This document shows positions 1 through 12,217 of a stretch of 64,000 nucleotides of DNA, piece after piece (position 1 is the first letter of the stretch; each line of letters opens with the position of its first letter). Origin of the DNA: Octopus vulgaris (lineage: Eukaryota); assembly GCA_951406725.2 (NCBI GenBank), contig OX597818.1:98022001-98086000 (forward strand), given 5' to 3'. The notes beneath the pieces are model-generated. The model did not search any database. It was not told where the DNA came from and saw nothing but the letters and a program-made list of their open reading frames with translations. The position numbers and the translations under genes are program-made.

Positions 1-69
1 ACCACACACACACGTATATATATATACGTATATATATATATATATATATATGTATTTATATATATACAT

Positions 70-112
<43 letters not shown>

Positions 113-160
113 TGTACGCATATTCATGTTTGTATATATATATATAATTTATATATATGG
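1..160. repeat. (CA)n/(TA)n compound microsatellite
   Basis: Directly visible dinucleotide runs. Confidence 0.95.
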
Positions 161-161
161 A

Positions 162-1040
162 TACGTAGTCGGATCAATAAGAGTCCGGACTGTTACCATA
201 GTAACGAAGCTAGAGCACGCTGAATGAAGCTGCTTGGAATGGGTTGGCCTTCAACTCTACCGTGCATGCGCACTAACTTTTAACGTTCTCCCTCACTTCT
301 GCTGATTACAGCAGTGCTTCGAAGTAACGTGTGTAGCGTGCGCTCTTCGCATTAACAGGGAAAGAGCGTGCGCTCTTCGCATTAACAGGGAAAGTTGAGC
401 AGGGAATTTGCATCAAATTTTGCCAAAAGCTTGGGGATACTTGCTCAGAGGCTGATGCAAAGTTTCAAAAAAGTTTCCATCGTTCCCGACAATATCAAGG
501 AAACCCGAGTGTCTTTTTGGTCAGCTGAAAGCAATGGTACAAACTTGGCAGACACGCGTCTCACACCCAAATCTTCAGTGATAATGGACTGAACTGAACC
601 GTAACTAATCAGCACATCTCCTGATAACTCACGGATGGTGATTCAACGATTTACCCTCAAATCTGTGATGTGTTTCTCAGTTCTACTGGTCGCGGGTCTC
701 CCAGAACGCTCGTCAGTTTTTCGGTCATCTTGGAAACATCTGAACAACTCGTACACTTGTATACGGCTCATACTCTCCACTGCATAAACTTTCTGCAACT
801 TTGTGTAGGTCTCTAAGCAGGCATCGCCATGACAACTTTCTCTGTCTTGGTCAATGCGACGGTCACACTCTACACATCTTCGTTCCAAGCACTGCTGTAA
901 ACAACAAAAGTGAGTTAGAACGTTAAAACTTAATTCGCATGCGCAGCAGAGTTCAAGGTCAGTCTTTGGCAAGCGGTTTCACTCTGCGTGCTTTAGCTTC
1001 GTTACTATGGCAACAGTCTGGATACTTATTGCTCAGACCT
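162..1040 (-). mobile_element. Mariner-derived foldback element: two 5' halves in inverted orientation, with an N-terminal transposase remnant
   Basis: 162-~475 is a diverged reverse complement of ~780-1040 (e.g. gactgttaccatagtaacgaagcta vs tagcttcgttactatggcaacagtc). The minus strand translates to ETYTKLQKVYAVESMSRIQVYELFRCFQD..DERSGRPATSRT..ISYGSVQSIITEDLGVRRVSAKFVP, typical of mariner HTH and linker regions. Confidence 0.8.
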
Positions 1041-1158
1041 CAGACCTCATTCCACCAAGGGCAGAAATCACGTGCTTTCGTGTGCAAATTTGTGTGTTTT
1101 TTTACTATAGATAAATGAAAGAATGGAGTCGAACGACGATTTGACAAAATTCCATTAT

Positions 1159-1239
1159 TCTCGACACATGTTTCGAAGACTGCATATTCTTAATTCCGAA
1201 GGAATAAAGGGTGCATTATGCCGTCTTCTCATCAGGAAA
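1159..1239 (-). ncRNA. Type I hammerhead ribozyme motif (canonical core, extended stem II)
   Basis: Minus strand: TTTC-CTGATGA-GAAGAC..(42 nt)..GTCTTC-GAAAC-ATGT-GTC-GAGA; 6-bp stem II base, GUC triplet, 4-bp stem I with one G-U pair. Confidence 0.75.
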
Positions 1240-1308
1240 GCCAAGGAACTTATGTCAGCATCATGACGAACAAAAACTTTTAGATGACTGCCCACACGGA
1301 GTCCAGTG

Positions 1309-1310
<2 letters not shown>

Positions 1311-1342
<32 letters not shown>

Positions 1343-1354
1343 CATATATAAACC

Positions 1355-1400
<46 letters not shown>

Positions 1401-1416
1401 ATATATATATGTATAT

Positions 1417-1466
<50 letters not shown>

Positions 1467-1470
1467 ATCC

Positions 1471-1502
<32 letters not shown>

Positions 1503-1604
1503 GGTTTATATATGTAAATATATATATATTTATACATATGCATATTTACATATACAAACATATATATATGTACATGTATATATATATATATATATACGTA
1601 TACG

Positions 1605-1668
<64 letters not shown>
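1311..1668. repeat. (TA)n/(CA)n microsatellite with an internal inverted duplication
   Basis: tttacatatataaaccgta (1339-1357) is the exact reverse complement of 1500-1518. Confidence 0.9.
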
Positions 1669-1671
<3 letters not shown>

Positions 1672-2055
1672 TGGCAGGACAAAATAACGGAAACGCCTTA
1701 AAATTTCAAGCAAATTCATTTTAATATGGGTTAGAACCGCCTTTGGCAGTAATTTCAACTTGAATTCTACGAGATATGAACTCGTACAAAATTCGAATTG
1801 TTTCCGAAGGAATTTTTGTCCATTCTTCAGCTAAAACAAACTCCAGTTCTTGCAGTGATTATGGTGGAGGATATCAACTCCCTACTTTTTTTTCTAAAAT
1901 GCACCATAAATATTCAATAATATTGAGATCTGGGGACTTATCTGGTGGCCAGATAAGACGTTCAACTTCACTAGAATTTTCCTCGTGCCTTCAGTAGCAA
2001 ACTTAGCTGTTTGAATTGGTGTATTATCATCCCGAAAGATCGCTTTTCCTTCCAT
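1669..2055 (-). mobile_element. Tc1-like transposon 3' fragment with TIR (same family as 6121-7299)
   Basis: TA+cagtggcaggacaaaataacggaaacgcct TIR. The minus strand gives IFRDDNTPIQTA..SPDLNIIEYLWCILE..AEEWTKIPSETI, homologous to 7000-7250. Confidence 0.85.
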
Positions 2056-2479
2056 ATTATATTCACTATCAGATTAGTGTAGATTACAATCAGAGATTGA
2101 GAAGATTGGTAATCAAGTAATAATCGATAGATTTTCAGCCGTGATCATTCCGTATTTTCATTTATTTTCTCAATGAAATTTTTTTCTTTTTTTTTTTCTG
2201 TATTTAAGATAGCATCATATGATTTTAGGAAGATTTGAATAGGCTGTCTAGTTCGGGTTCGTACATTTACTGTACAAGGTGAAACCTTCCTCACGTTACA
2301 TAAAACGAATATCATACGCGTTATAGTTAACAAGCTCACCATCTGTGATTTCTGATAGTGTGAGGCGGCCACATAACATTTTCGATGCAACTTGTAGAAA
2401 AGAAACCTCTTAATTAATGCACAATCTAGATGAGTCAATCAGGGAGTAAAAATAAGAAGGGAGCAGTTGTTCATTAACG

Positions 2480-3016
2480 TTCACACGTCATTGAGTCTGG
2501 TCATTGGTCAGTTAATGATGAGCTTCTCAACAGCGTGTGTTCACAAGACCGAGCTTATGGATAAGTTGGTTGATAGTGCATTGTGAAGGACAAAGTTCTG
2601 TCGACAGTGTATACTTTTGTCTTTAACCATTTCAAAGCCTCCTCTCCCTGACCTTGGTTTGTCTTCGAAGCTGGTATCATCTTCCTTGAAACATCAGAAC
2701 TAGATTTGTGTCACACGTTCATTGACAGTTTCTGGGCCTTCCACACTATTAATTTCTTTTGCCGCTACCATTGCACTCAGTTCTTTTCTCCACAGGCAGC
2801 GTAAAATTTGTCCAACTGCAATTTTTTCACCACTCATTATCAAAGCTGTAAAATAAAGAATAACCAATTAATGTTAATATGTTTTATATAAAAAAAAATA
2901 AAGAATAAACAATTTAGCAACATTTGGCAACAATGACATATCAAATTAATGATCGAGATAAACTTGCCAAAATTCAACAGTGAAAATCTGTAAAAACTTT
3001 TGGTTCAACCTGGTAT
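2480..3016 (-). mobile_element. Mariner 5' fragment (TIR plus decayed N-terminal transposase)
   Basis: From ATG at 2837: MSGEKIAVGQILRCLWRKELSAMVAAKEINSVEGPETVNERV..FKEDDTSFEDKPRSGR. TIR-like TACCAGGTTGAACCAAAAGTT at ~2996-3016. Confidence 0.7.
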
Positions 3017-3025
3017 CTGTCTTAA

Positions 3026-3248
3026 AAGGCGGCGAACTGGCAGAAACGTTAGCGCGCCGGGCGAAATGCTTAGCAGTATTTCGTCTGCCGTTACGTTCTG
3101 AGTTCAAATTCCGCCGAGGTCAACTTTGCCTTTCATCCTTTCGGGATCGATAAATTAAGTACCAGTTACGCATTGGGGTCGATGTAATCGACTTAATCCC
3201 TTTGTATGTCCTCTCTGTGTTTGGCCCCTTGTGGGTAATAAAAAAATA
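3026..3248 (+). mobile_element. tRNA-derived SINE, family A (working label), full length with TSD
   Basis: A-box-like TGGCAGAAACG, B-box GAGTTCAAATTCC, central GCCTTTCATCCTTTCGGG.TCGATAAA domain. Target duplication ggtatct(g/t)tcttaa at 3012 and 3249. About 15 copies in the window. Confidence 0.9.
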
Positions 3249-3348
3249 GGTATCTTTCTTAACTATCCGCCACGTTCTATATCCTCTTTTCTCCTACACT
3301 TCTCTTTCTGTCTCTCTGTCACTCACTCACTCACTCACACTCTCTGTA

Positions 3349-3379
<31 letters not shown>

Positions 3380-3999
3380 GTGTCTGTCTGTCTGTCTCTC
3401 TCTCTCGGGAATCATCAATGCAAGTCTCATTTCTCACGATACAATGAATACTCAAAAGAAGAAACATCCCAGTTAGTATGTACATTCTCACGGAAACCAC
3501 ACCATATTTTTGTTTCCTTGTATAAAAAAATAAATGATAAAAACAATATGAGTGGTTGAAGAGATTGCAAAAAAAAAATACCTAAATAGTATTCTGAATG
3601 CTCCGGAAGTGCGTTTGAACTCTGGAAATCCCTACGTACGAAAACTTCGAAACACTTGAAATTTTAAAATGTACATTCCTTTGGGTATTTTCTGTTGGGC
3701 AGGAATTTTTGACTTAGATTGAGGAAGGAAAGAGAGAGGAAATTAATTTTATTTAAAAGTGATTACGAACAGTTCAGGTGGGTGGAAGATTCTCACGAAC
3801 ATTTCAAGCGTGTGTAAAAATATAATAATTCCTATTTGCCGTATCTTTCGTATACACACTTGACCTCTTGGAACGTTCTTTATATTTTCTATACTTTATA
3901 CTTTCTGTAATATCTGTGAGAGAATGTCCAGCTTGAGGAAAGACACTGATAGAATATAGAAACATTTTTGAAATAATCCTCTCTACTATAGGTCTATTG

Positions 4000-4440
4000 C
4001 CCGAAACCTTGGGGGAAGGAGAGGGGACTGTCAATTACGTTGATCCCAATTCTTAACTGGTACTTATGTGTGTGGGCAATTCGTCGACAGACAATTCGCC
4101 GACAGACAATTCGCTGACAGACAATTCCCACACAGCCTCAGACTCAACACGGAGGCCAACATCAAGTGCCAAGAGGAGGTTGTGCTACCTGGGGTCAAGA
4201 GGGTGTTTGCTGGAACACTCTATGTCTGGACACCAGGACTCTGCACCATACGACACAATTGTCCTGTCTGTCGGTCAATTGTCTGTCGGCCAATTATCTG
4301 TCGATGAATTGTCCGCCTACTGGTACTTATTTTATCAACTCCGAGAGGATGGAAGGCATTTGAACTCAGATTATAAAACCAGAAGAAATGTTGCTAAGCA
4401 TTTTGTCCAACGTGCTAACAACGTGCCAACCTGCCGCTTT
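4000..4440 (-). mobile_element. Diverged SINE family A interrupted by a MITE
   Basis: Homology to other family A copies on both sides of 4065-4319. Confidence 0.75.
4065..4319. mobile_element. MULE-like MITE with tandem-repeat TIRs and an 8-9 bp TSD
   Basis: Left end is 3x 15-mer (acaattcgccgacag), right end is the inverted array (caattgtctgtcgg). ctggtact is duplicated at 4057-4064 and 4320-4327. Confidence 0.75.
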
Positions 4441-5411
4441 ACATATTTGAATATATAGCTATGATGTCTCATACATAATATAGATAGATCGTGAACATCT
4501 AATTTACGGCGGTATTCATCCGGACAAATGGATGTGCTGTGATTAAAAACATAATAGATACCTGTAAGAGACGAGTATCGTTTAGTAGCGATTTATATTG
4601 TTTTAAACGCAACACGCCCATACGAGATATTATCTCCGGACGAGTACCACGATGAATTTGCTTTTCGCTATGTATTTACATTAAGTATGATACAAAGATG
4701 GCTATTTTAATCAAATACTGCTTCTGTTGCATGTAAGGAAATAGTGGGTATTCTAGCGAGTGCTCGAAGGGCAAACCGATGAGATGATAAAAGACCAGCA
4801 GCTAGATCACCACCAACGTTTCCCTTAAATTCCTGAACTGAGGCTTTCCCCAATTCACTTAGCACAAAATTGTTGATTCAGCCTCAATTAGCCCTGATTA
4901 GGCAAACCTATGATCAAAAGCATTGTAATTATAATCATCATTTTTTTTTCTTCTCACACATACTGCATCTAGCACTACATTATCCAATATGTGTATGTTC
5001 TGGTTTTAGATGATAAAGAGTGATTTACAGGAGATTCGGTTACCATTCATAGCAGGTCGACCAACTCTGTATAGGCTTCCTTGAGGAAGTAGTTGCCGCA
5101 TACTGTACAGTTCACTGTAAGTAGTAAAATATTATAACACGAATTAATTAATTTACTTGTGGTTTACAAAATATATTTATATTAAAGCATTTCGTTTCAT
5201 CCTAACGTCAGTATAAGGACAATGACGCATTTGTTAATGAAATACTTGCCTTTACAAACTCCACTTTTCGTCCTTATTTCTCTCAATTAATCTTCTTCGT
5301 CAGTCTTTGTGAACAGCAAATCCTAAAGCTTACTTCCCTACGGATTAAAAAAAAGGTTTGAGAAACTATAAATCATTCGTTTCTTCATAAATCTCTTCTT
5401 AACACACATTC

Positions 5412-5790
5412 TTTTCTACTCTAGGCACAAGGCCCGAAATTTTGGGGGAGAGGGCCAGTCGATTAGATCGACGCCAGTACGCAACTGGTACTTAATTTAT
5501 CGACCCCGAAAGGATGAAAGGAATTTGAACGCAGAACTTAAAGACAGACGAAATACCTATTTCTTTACTACCCACAAGGGACTAAACACAGAAAGGACAA
5601 ACAAAGACAGACAAACCGATGAAGTCGATTACATCGACTCCAGTGCGTAACTGGTACTTAATTTATCGACCCCGAAAGGATGAAAGGCAAAGTCGACCTC
5701 GGCGGAATTTGAACTCAGAACGTAACGGCAGACGAAATACCGCAAAGCATTTCGCCCGGCGTGCTAACGTTTCTGCCAGTTCGCCGCCCT
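5412..5790 (-). mobile_element. SINE family A, dimeric copy
   Basis: One head at ~5790 followed by two body units. Confidence 0.9.
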
Positions 5791-6120
5791 TTTTCATAAT
5801 GCATATTATTATAAAATATTTAGCAGAGGCACAAATCAGAAGGGGTACATGACGTTTAACCTGACAAAATTTAAAAGATTTTTCTTTATTTTATTTAACA
5901 AAGAAAGTAAAGAAACCCATGCTTCTTTGATCATTCAATGACCTCATCATGCTCATTGCACAGCATAAAACTTGTATAAAAAATTTTTATTGCTATCATT
6001 CGTTGTCAACACGGAAGTGAAAGGCAAAAGGAAAGAAAGATTTCAACTTACTATTAATCTACTGCCATACAGAATGAAAGTTTGGGGTCGATAAAATATA
6101 TGTATATTTGTATTTATGTA

Positions 6121-7299
6121 CAAGGGTTCGACAGAATAGGGGAAACACCTAGCATTATAACATCATAATTTTGAAATATCTATAAAGCGTCAAAAATTTG
6201 TTTATTTTTATGTTTTTTGATTATTATTAGTGTTGCTTAATATGATTTGCTAAAATTGCTGTTTCTTTTCAGATATCATCACAAAAATGTAATTAAAATT
6301 CATTAAAATGACAGAGCCATCGGACTTTCAACGATGTCAAATTGTTGGTGCTCGTATGGCAGGCGCTAACATAACGAAAACAGCCGAAATGTTTGGTGTA
6401 TCAAGAAGTACTATCTTGAAAGTAATGACAGCCTTTGAGAAAGAGGGAAAAACCTCCACGGTGAAACAAAACTCTGGAAGAAAACCGAAACATTTAGATA
6501 GGGACTATCGGACTCATACGCGAATTGTTAGAAAGGATCACAAAAGTACAGCTCCCAAAATTACTGAAGAGCTTAATGACCACCTCGAGAACCTAGTTTT
6601 CACAAAATCTGTTCACCAGGAGCTGCACAATCAGAAAATCACTACTTTCAAAAACAAACGTTGCAAAGCGTTTAGAGTGGAGCAAAAACTTACAGAATTG
6701 GTCCTTAGAGCAGTGGGAAAATGTTATTTTCTCGGACGAGTCATCCTTTACCTTATTTCCAACCACCGGCTGAGTATACCCGTGGAGACAGCCAAAAGAA
6801 GCATTTGACCCAGACTGCCTTCTTCCAACTGTTAAACATGGAAGAGGAACTGTGTTAATCTGGGTGGGGGCTATATCTTGGAAATCCGCCGGCAAAATGG
6901 TTTCCCTTCATGGCAGAATTAATAGTGAAGACTATTTAAGCATTTTATCTGATTAAATTCATCTTATGATTGCGGAAATGTCTCTGGAGGGAAACGCAAT
7001 CTTTCGGGATGATAATGCACCAATTCACACAGCTAAAATTGTTACTGAATGGCACAAGGAATATTCCAGTCCCTAGATCTCAATATTATTGAATGTTTAT
7101 GGTGCAGTTTAGAAAAAAAAGGAAGGAGTCGATATCCTCCACCATCATCACTACATGAAATGGAGACTGTTTTAGCTGAAGAATGGACAAAAATTCCTTT
7201 GGAAACAGTTCAAACTTTGTACGAGTCCATACCTCGTAGATTTCAAGCTTAAATTTGTTTAAAATTTTAAGGTGTTTCCACTGTTTTGTCCAACCCCTG
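6121..7299 (+). mobile_element. Near full-length Tc1-like transposon with a frameshifted transposase
   Basis: TIRs caagggttcgacagaataggggaaacacct / aggtgtttccactgttttgtccaacccctg flanked by TA. ORF at 6308 (paired-like HTH, SGRKPK), FSDES at ~6730, DDNAPIH at ~7008, SLDLNIIECLW at ~7068. Confidence 0.92.
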
Positions 7300-7342
7300 T
7301 ATATATGTGTATATATGTATTAAGTTTTGTTTTTATATATTC

Positions 7343-7373
<31 letters not shown>

Positions 7374-7699
7374 TGTATTATACATGTAAATATATGTATG
7401 TATATATATATGTATATATATATATATATTACACGCACACACACACACTCATGCACACACACGCACTCATGCACACACACACACACACTCATGTACACAC
7501 ACCCACACACATATCTTCTATTATGCGCTTCAGCCCAAAGACTGTGGCCAAGCTGGGGCATCGCCAGTATTATCACCTTTCAATGGCCATTCTTCTGTGA
7601 TTGGCTTTCGATGAAAGATGAGTGCAATATTGCTGGCCTTTTTGAGTTACTTTCCCGTGACGTAGGTGCATGTGGGACCTTGGACAGTAGGAGATCAAG

Positions 7700-7935
7700 T
7701 TATCATCCATCCCTTCTCCATGTAGATCTCCCAGATGTTTTGGCAAGATATTATATAGTTATGGGTCTTTGAATCTCAAGATATTACAGTACATGATTCT
7801 CGTTCTAGACGGAGTAGGTGGCACCTTTGGAACAATGCAGTGACATCCTGTTCGGGGGCTGGTATAGCTCTCGATACTAAAGTTTGGTGCCAGCCCCTCT
7901 AGGATCTTCCATATGTATATCATTGCATATCCGCG
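7700..7935 (-). mobile_element. CR1-like LINE 3' fragment (same family as 18790-19800)
   Basis: YAMIYIWKILEGLAPNF..RTGCHCIVPKVP matches YAIIYIWKTLEGLVPNF..RTGRHCIVPKVP. Confidence 0.8.
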
Positions 7936-8127
7936 GACTATCGCGGATGCTACGTTCCAAAACACCACCAAGAGAGATGAAAATCCGCGAAGTAGAAACA
8001 GTAATGTACTGTATACTTTATTATATTTTTTTATTATAAATGCAAAACAATATCACAGAGCAATCGACGTAAGCTTAAATAATATAACAGCGATAGGTTA
8101 ACCGCGATATGGCGAGGGATTACTGTA
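7935..8127. mobile_element. pogo/Tigger-like MITE remnant
   Basis: Right end ccgcgatatggcgagggattactg+TA; left end gactatcgcgga is a truncated inverted counterpart. Confidence 0.5.
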
Positions 8128-8974
8128 TATCTATTATTAGCGCTCACCTTACATAAAGATATTAATTTTGATATTTAGTGTGTGTGGGGTGAGGTCATTT
8201 TGGGGATTTTCTTTAAGAAATATATTAGGTTTTACTTTCATTTCTTTTATAATCTATTTCCGTCATACCTGATTTTAAAATTTTTTTGCTTTCATTTCTT
8301 TGGCATTTTACTTTCAGTTTTTCGGCATAATAATATGATATTTAATCGTACATAACTAAGTTAGCGTATAAACACCACTAAAATGCAACAACTTTGTAAT
8401 AACCTAATGTTCCTGTTTTCATATGTGTGCATATAAAGATTTACGTTTGTCGGTGAGGAAAATTATGTCCCGTTACTTATAGAAATCATTTCCGTAGTCC
8501 CGGCATTTCTACTTGAATCAGGAAAGGGTGATAGAGTTTTCTTTGTCTACATCCTAAGGAGTAAATGTGTTTCGTAAGTCTCTCCTTAAACTCATTGGCT
8601 GATATACCTGTGTAATATCTCGTGATGCCATCGAATGGTGAGTGGATGACTCTTTACACCAAAAACTTTCAGAGGGGATCCAATTAGCAGGTAGTTGATG
8701 AGATTTCAGTAAGTACATGTTGGAGTGTGGGATCGAGAGCATGTTTGCTTCTGTTATAGCGAGAGATATTGGAAGTGATAGTATCTGAGCATGAGCATAA
8801 TCTTGACGTTATGGACATATGTGAAAGTACGTGTGTGGGCGTATGTGGGTACACAATACTTTCTTGGCAAGACCAATTTCACCTTCGTTGGCCCTTGCCT
8901 TTTGTGTGATCATTTCCCTTCTGTGTACTATCATTGCGGTCCCCCATCAAGCTTTCTACCATACAGCCATGTCC

Positions 8975-8997
8975 ATCTATCTATCCACCTACCTACA

Positions 8998-9084
<87 letters not shown>

Positions 9085-9170
9085 TTATTTATTATCTATC
9101 GATCTATCTATCTATCTGTCTGTCTGTCTATCTGCCTGACTGTCTGACTGTCTGTCTGTCTTTCTGTTTG

Positions 9171-9265
<95 letters not shown>

Positions 9266-9360
9266 GTGTGTGTATGTACACACAATTATGTGCTTCTATC
9301 TATCTATCTATCCATCTATCTATTTATGTATGTATGTTTGTATGTATGTATGTTTGTATA
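8975..9360. repeat. (TATC)n/(TGTC)n/(TA)n microsatellite block
   Basis: Directly visible. Confidence 0.95.
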
Positions 9361-9842
9361 GAGGTTGTTCGAGCTAAAATTTACAGCATGCGTATATGGA
9401 AGCAATATCTAATTCCAAAATAAAAGTATTTAAAAATATCATAAAATACCGACTAGAATATGGCTGGGAAATAAAAGTTTACTCAAAGCAGACGTCCTCA
9501 GCTTCCACTACGGCCTCAACGCCTTCTTGATCTTGGCCATCGGATCTGTCTTGGTGTTGCTGGCAGAGCTGTTTGTGTCTTTTTCGTGATAATTATTATG
9601 GGAACACATATTTTATTGAACAATATCTGACACTCGATTCTAAGTAATTTCGGTGTGCTGAATATGAATTTCAACTCGGTTTGGTTTTATCAGGTGCTGA
9701 TTTAAACTACTGTAAAATTTACATTATAACTATAGAATTGACTTAAAATTAATAAAAAAAATAGATATGAAACATTAACTCTAACAAAAATGTTCATTTA
9801 AAATATTTTCTAGCGTATTTGCTTGTTGATGGCAGGTTTCTT

Positions 9843-10520
9843 TTCAAACAACAACAGTAATCAGCCATCATGTAGGAATCCAAGCGTCCTTGGTACTGTT
9901 CCTCCATAATTTTGATATCTTGGTGGAATCACTCCCATTATTCGTCACTTACAGCACTTAAATTGGTTGGAAATTGGTCAAGATGGCTATTTAAAAAATA
10001 CTCCTTTACGCTCATATTGTAGCCTAACTCTTTGTAGTCCCTTAAAAGATTTTTTGAAAATAATTTCTTCGTAGTTATCTGCCCTATAATTGCTTAAAGG
10101 TTTTTCTAAGAAGTCTACGAATAAAAAACAGGTATTATTTTTTTCGCGTTCATTCATGAAGTTAGGAAAATCACAGTCTTAATTAATGTTCTTGTTTGTA
10201 GACTGTCAAAAATTTCCGCCTTGATTCTTTCATAACTTAAAATTTAGAAATTTTGCAGTTATGTATTTGAAATACTCGCCGTTCGTATCTAAAACTTATG
10301 CATATTGTTTAATGCGGCCTAGTGTGATATGCGGAGGAGGAAATATGATATTATAACTGATCACTAAATGTGGGTTAATTACATTTTTTCCTCCGACAGT
10401 AAGTGATGTTCGTGCTGGCCAGGCATGTTTGAAATAATGTTCTTCCTTGGCTGACGGCACACAAGGTAGGCGAGGTGACAAGTATATAACAAAGATAATA
10501 GATTTCAAAGATGACCTCTC
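9843..10520 (-). mobile_element. Chapaev3-like (CMC) transposase C-terminal remnant
   Basis: Minus strand YKELGYNMSVKEYFLNSHLDQFPTNLSAVSDE*WE*FHQDIKIMEEQYQGRLDSYMMADYC, and PPPHITLGRIKQYA, match the family motifs (MSLKIHFLHSHLD..SDEHGERFHQDI; LPPLHIKLG). Confidence 0.75.
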
Positions 10521-10839
10521 CTAAGTTTGCAAATTCAGTACTACTTCTGCGAGGTTTACTCCATCTCGGAAATCAAAAGTTTCAGGAAAAATAGTATCGC
10601 AAAAGAAAATTATGAATTCAACGACACTCTGCACTAAATTTCTGACTATTTTCACTTTTCAAAATAACCAGGGAAATTCCATGCTTAGTGTAATTAATAT
10701 AGGCTATTAAGTAGTAAGCACATTTACGCCTGACCTATTTCACATATGTAGAACAGGATCAAGGGAAGTATGTCTATGTCAGAAACACACATGCACACAT
10801 ATGCATATGCATATACATATGCATATGCATATACATATG

Positions 10840-11230
10840 CATGTGGCTGTGTGGTAAATAGCTTGCTTACCAGCCACATGGTTCCAGGTTCAGTCCCACT
10901 GCGTAGCACCTTGGGCAAGTGTCTTCTACTATAGCCTCGGACCGACCAAAGCCTTGTGAGTGGATTTGGTAGACGGAAACCGAAAGAAGCCCGTCGTATA
11001 TATGTATATGTGTGTATATGTTTGTATCTGTGTTTCCCTCCCCCACACCAACATTGCTTGACAATCGATGGTGGTGTGTTTACGTCCCCTTAACTAAGCG
11101 GTTCGGCAAAAGAGACCGATAGAATAAGTACTAGGCTTCCAAAGAATAAGTCCTGGAGTCGATTTGCTCAACTAAAGGCGGTGCTCCAACATGGCCGCAG
11201 TCAAATGACTGAAAGAAGTAAAGAGTACAG
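10840..11230 (+). mobile_element. tRNA-derived CORE-like SINE, family B (working label), with an internal microsatellite
   Basis: GTGGCTGTGTGG A-box, GGTTCAGTCCC B-box, ACCTTGGGCAAGT CORE-like motif, conserved tail ending gactgaaa..agtaaagag. About 12 copies in the window. Confidence 0.9.
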
Positions 11231-11234
11231 AGTG

Positions 11235-11277
<43 letters not shown>

Positions 11278-11449
11278 CAATGATAAATCTCAGAGCGAGT
11301 TATAAACAGTAGCGGTAACACATCGTGACGCATATTTGCCATTTGAATATCTTCCTGGGGCTACAAACTACAGTAGCATCCACCCTTAGGGGTTAGCCAT
11401 ATTCAAATGGCAAATATGCGTCACGATATATATATATATACCACAAATG

Positions 11450-12100
11450 TCTCAAAAACTTATTGAGCACAGCATTTGCAATTTTGTCATCCTTTTGCTT
11501 GTAGAGCTGCTGACTTTGCACAAAATGCAAATCTGAACGGGGGTGGGCATGAAGGTATGGATATCAGGTACCACGATCTGATGTATATCGCAGCTGAAAA
11601 GCAGCAAACATCTCTCAGTCCTTTCCCCCCGCCTCTCAGTTAGTTTAAACTGAGATTTAAACATCCAAATTTTTATGCAGTAAATTAGCTTGGCCATCCA
11701 TCGGGCTCTCTGATAAGCCCCAGGTGCTTTAAAGCTGATTCCTGACTTAGGGGTACTACCGAGGAAAATGAGCGTTAGCTCGAGTAATTCCTTGTAGTCA
11801 TTACAAGGCTGCTGTTCATCAAGCTGAGCTTGTGCAAATTCAATGATTTCTTAGAGTCATCTGTTGCTGTTTGATAATTGTTCTTGTCAATTTCCAGCCA
11901 CTTTGCTTTTGAATCTCTTAAACAGTTGTATGTCAGGGCCAGTAGAAGATGGCAAGGAAACAGAAAATGTACAGTAAAATACAAGCTGAAAAATAACGAT
12001 GTACAAAATGTTCAATGGATGGTCGCAACCACTAAAACGTCTTCAATTGTGCTGAAATTTTGCATGTTGAGGTTTTGCACTAAATTAAATAAAATTAGAT
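11450..12100 (-). mobile_element. hATm-like transposase remnant
   Basis: Minus strand QPCNDYKELLELTLIFLGSTPKSGISFKAPGAYQRARWMAKLIYCIKIWMF resembles the QPRDDYRELLEL..PGAxHHARWMAK motif. Superfamily assignment is from memory. Confidence 0.6.
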
Positions 12101-12143
12101 GGTGTCTTCAAGTTTTTGAAATAATAAGTTATTTTGCATCCCA

Positions 12144-12215
<72 letters not shown>

Positions 12216-12217
<2 letters not shown>

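Noticed and set aside
4490-4670. Degenerate inverted repeat around tccgga
   Set aside because: Too short and mismatched to call an element.
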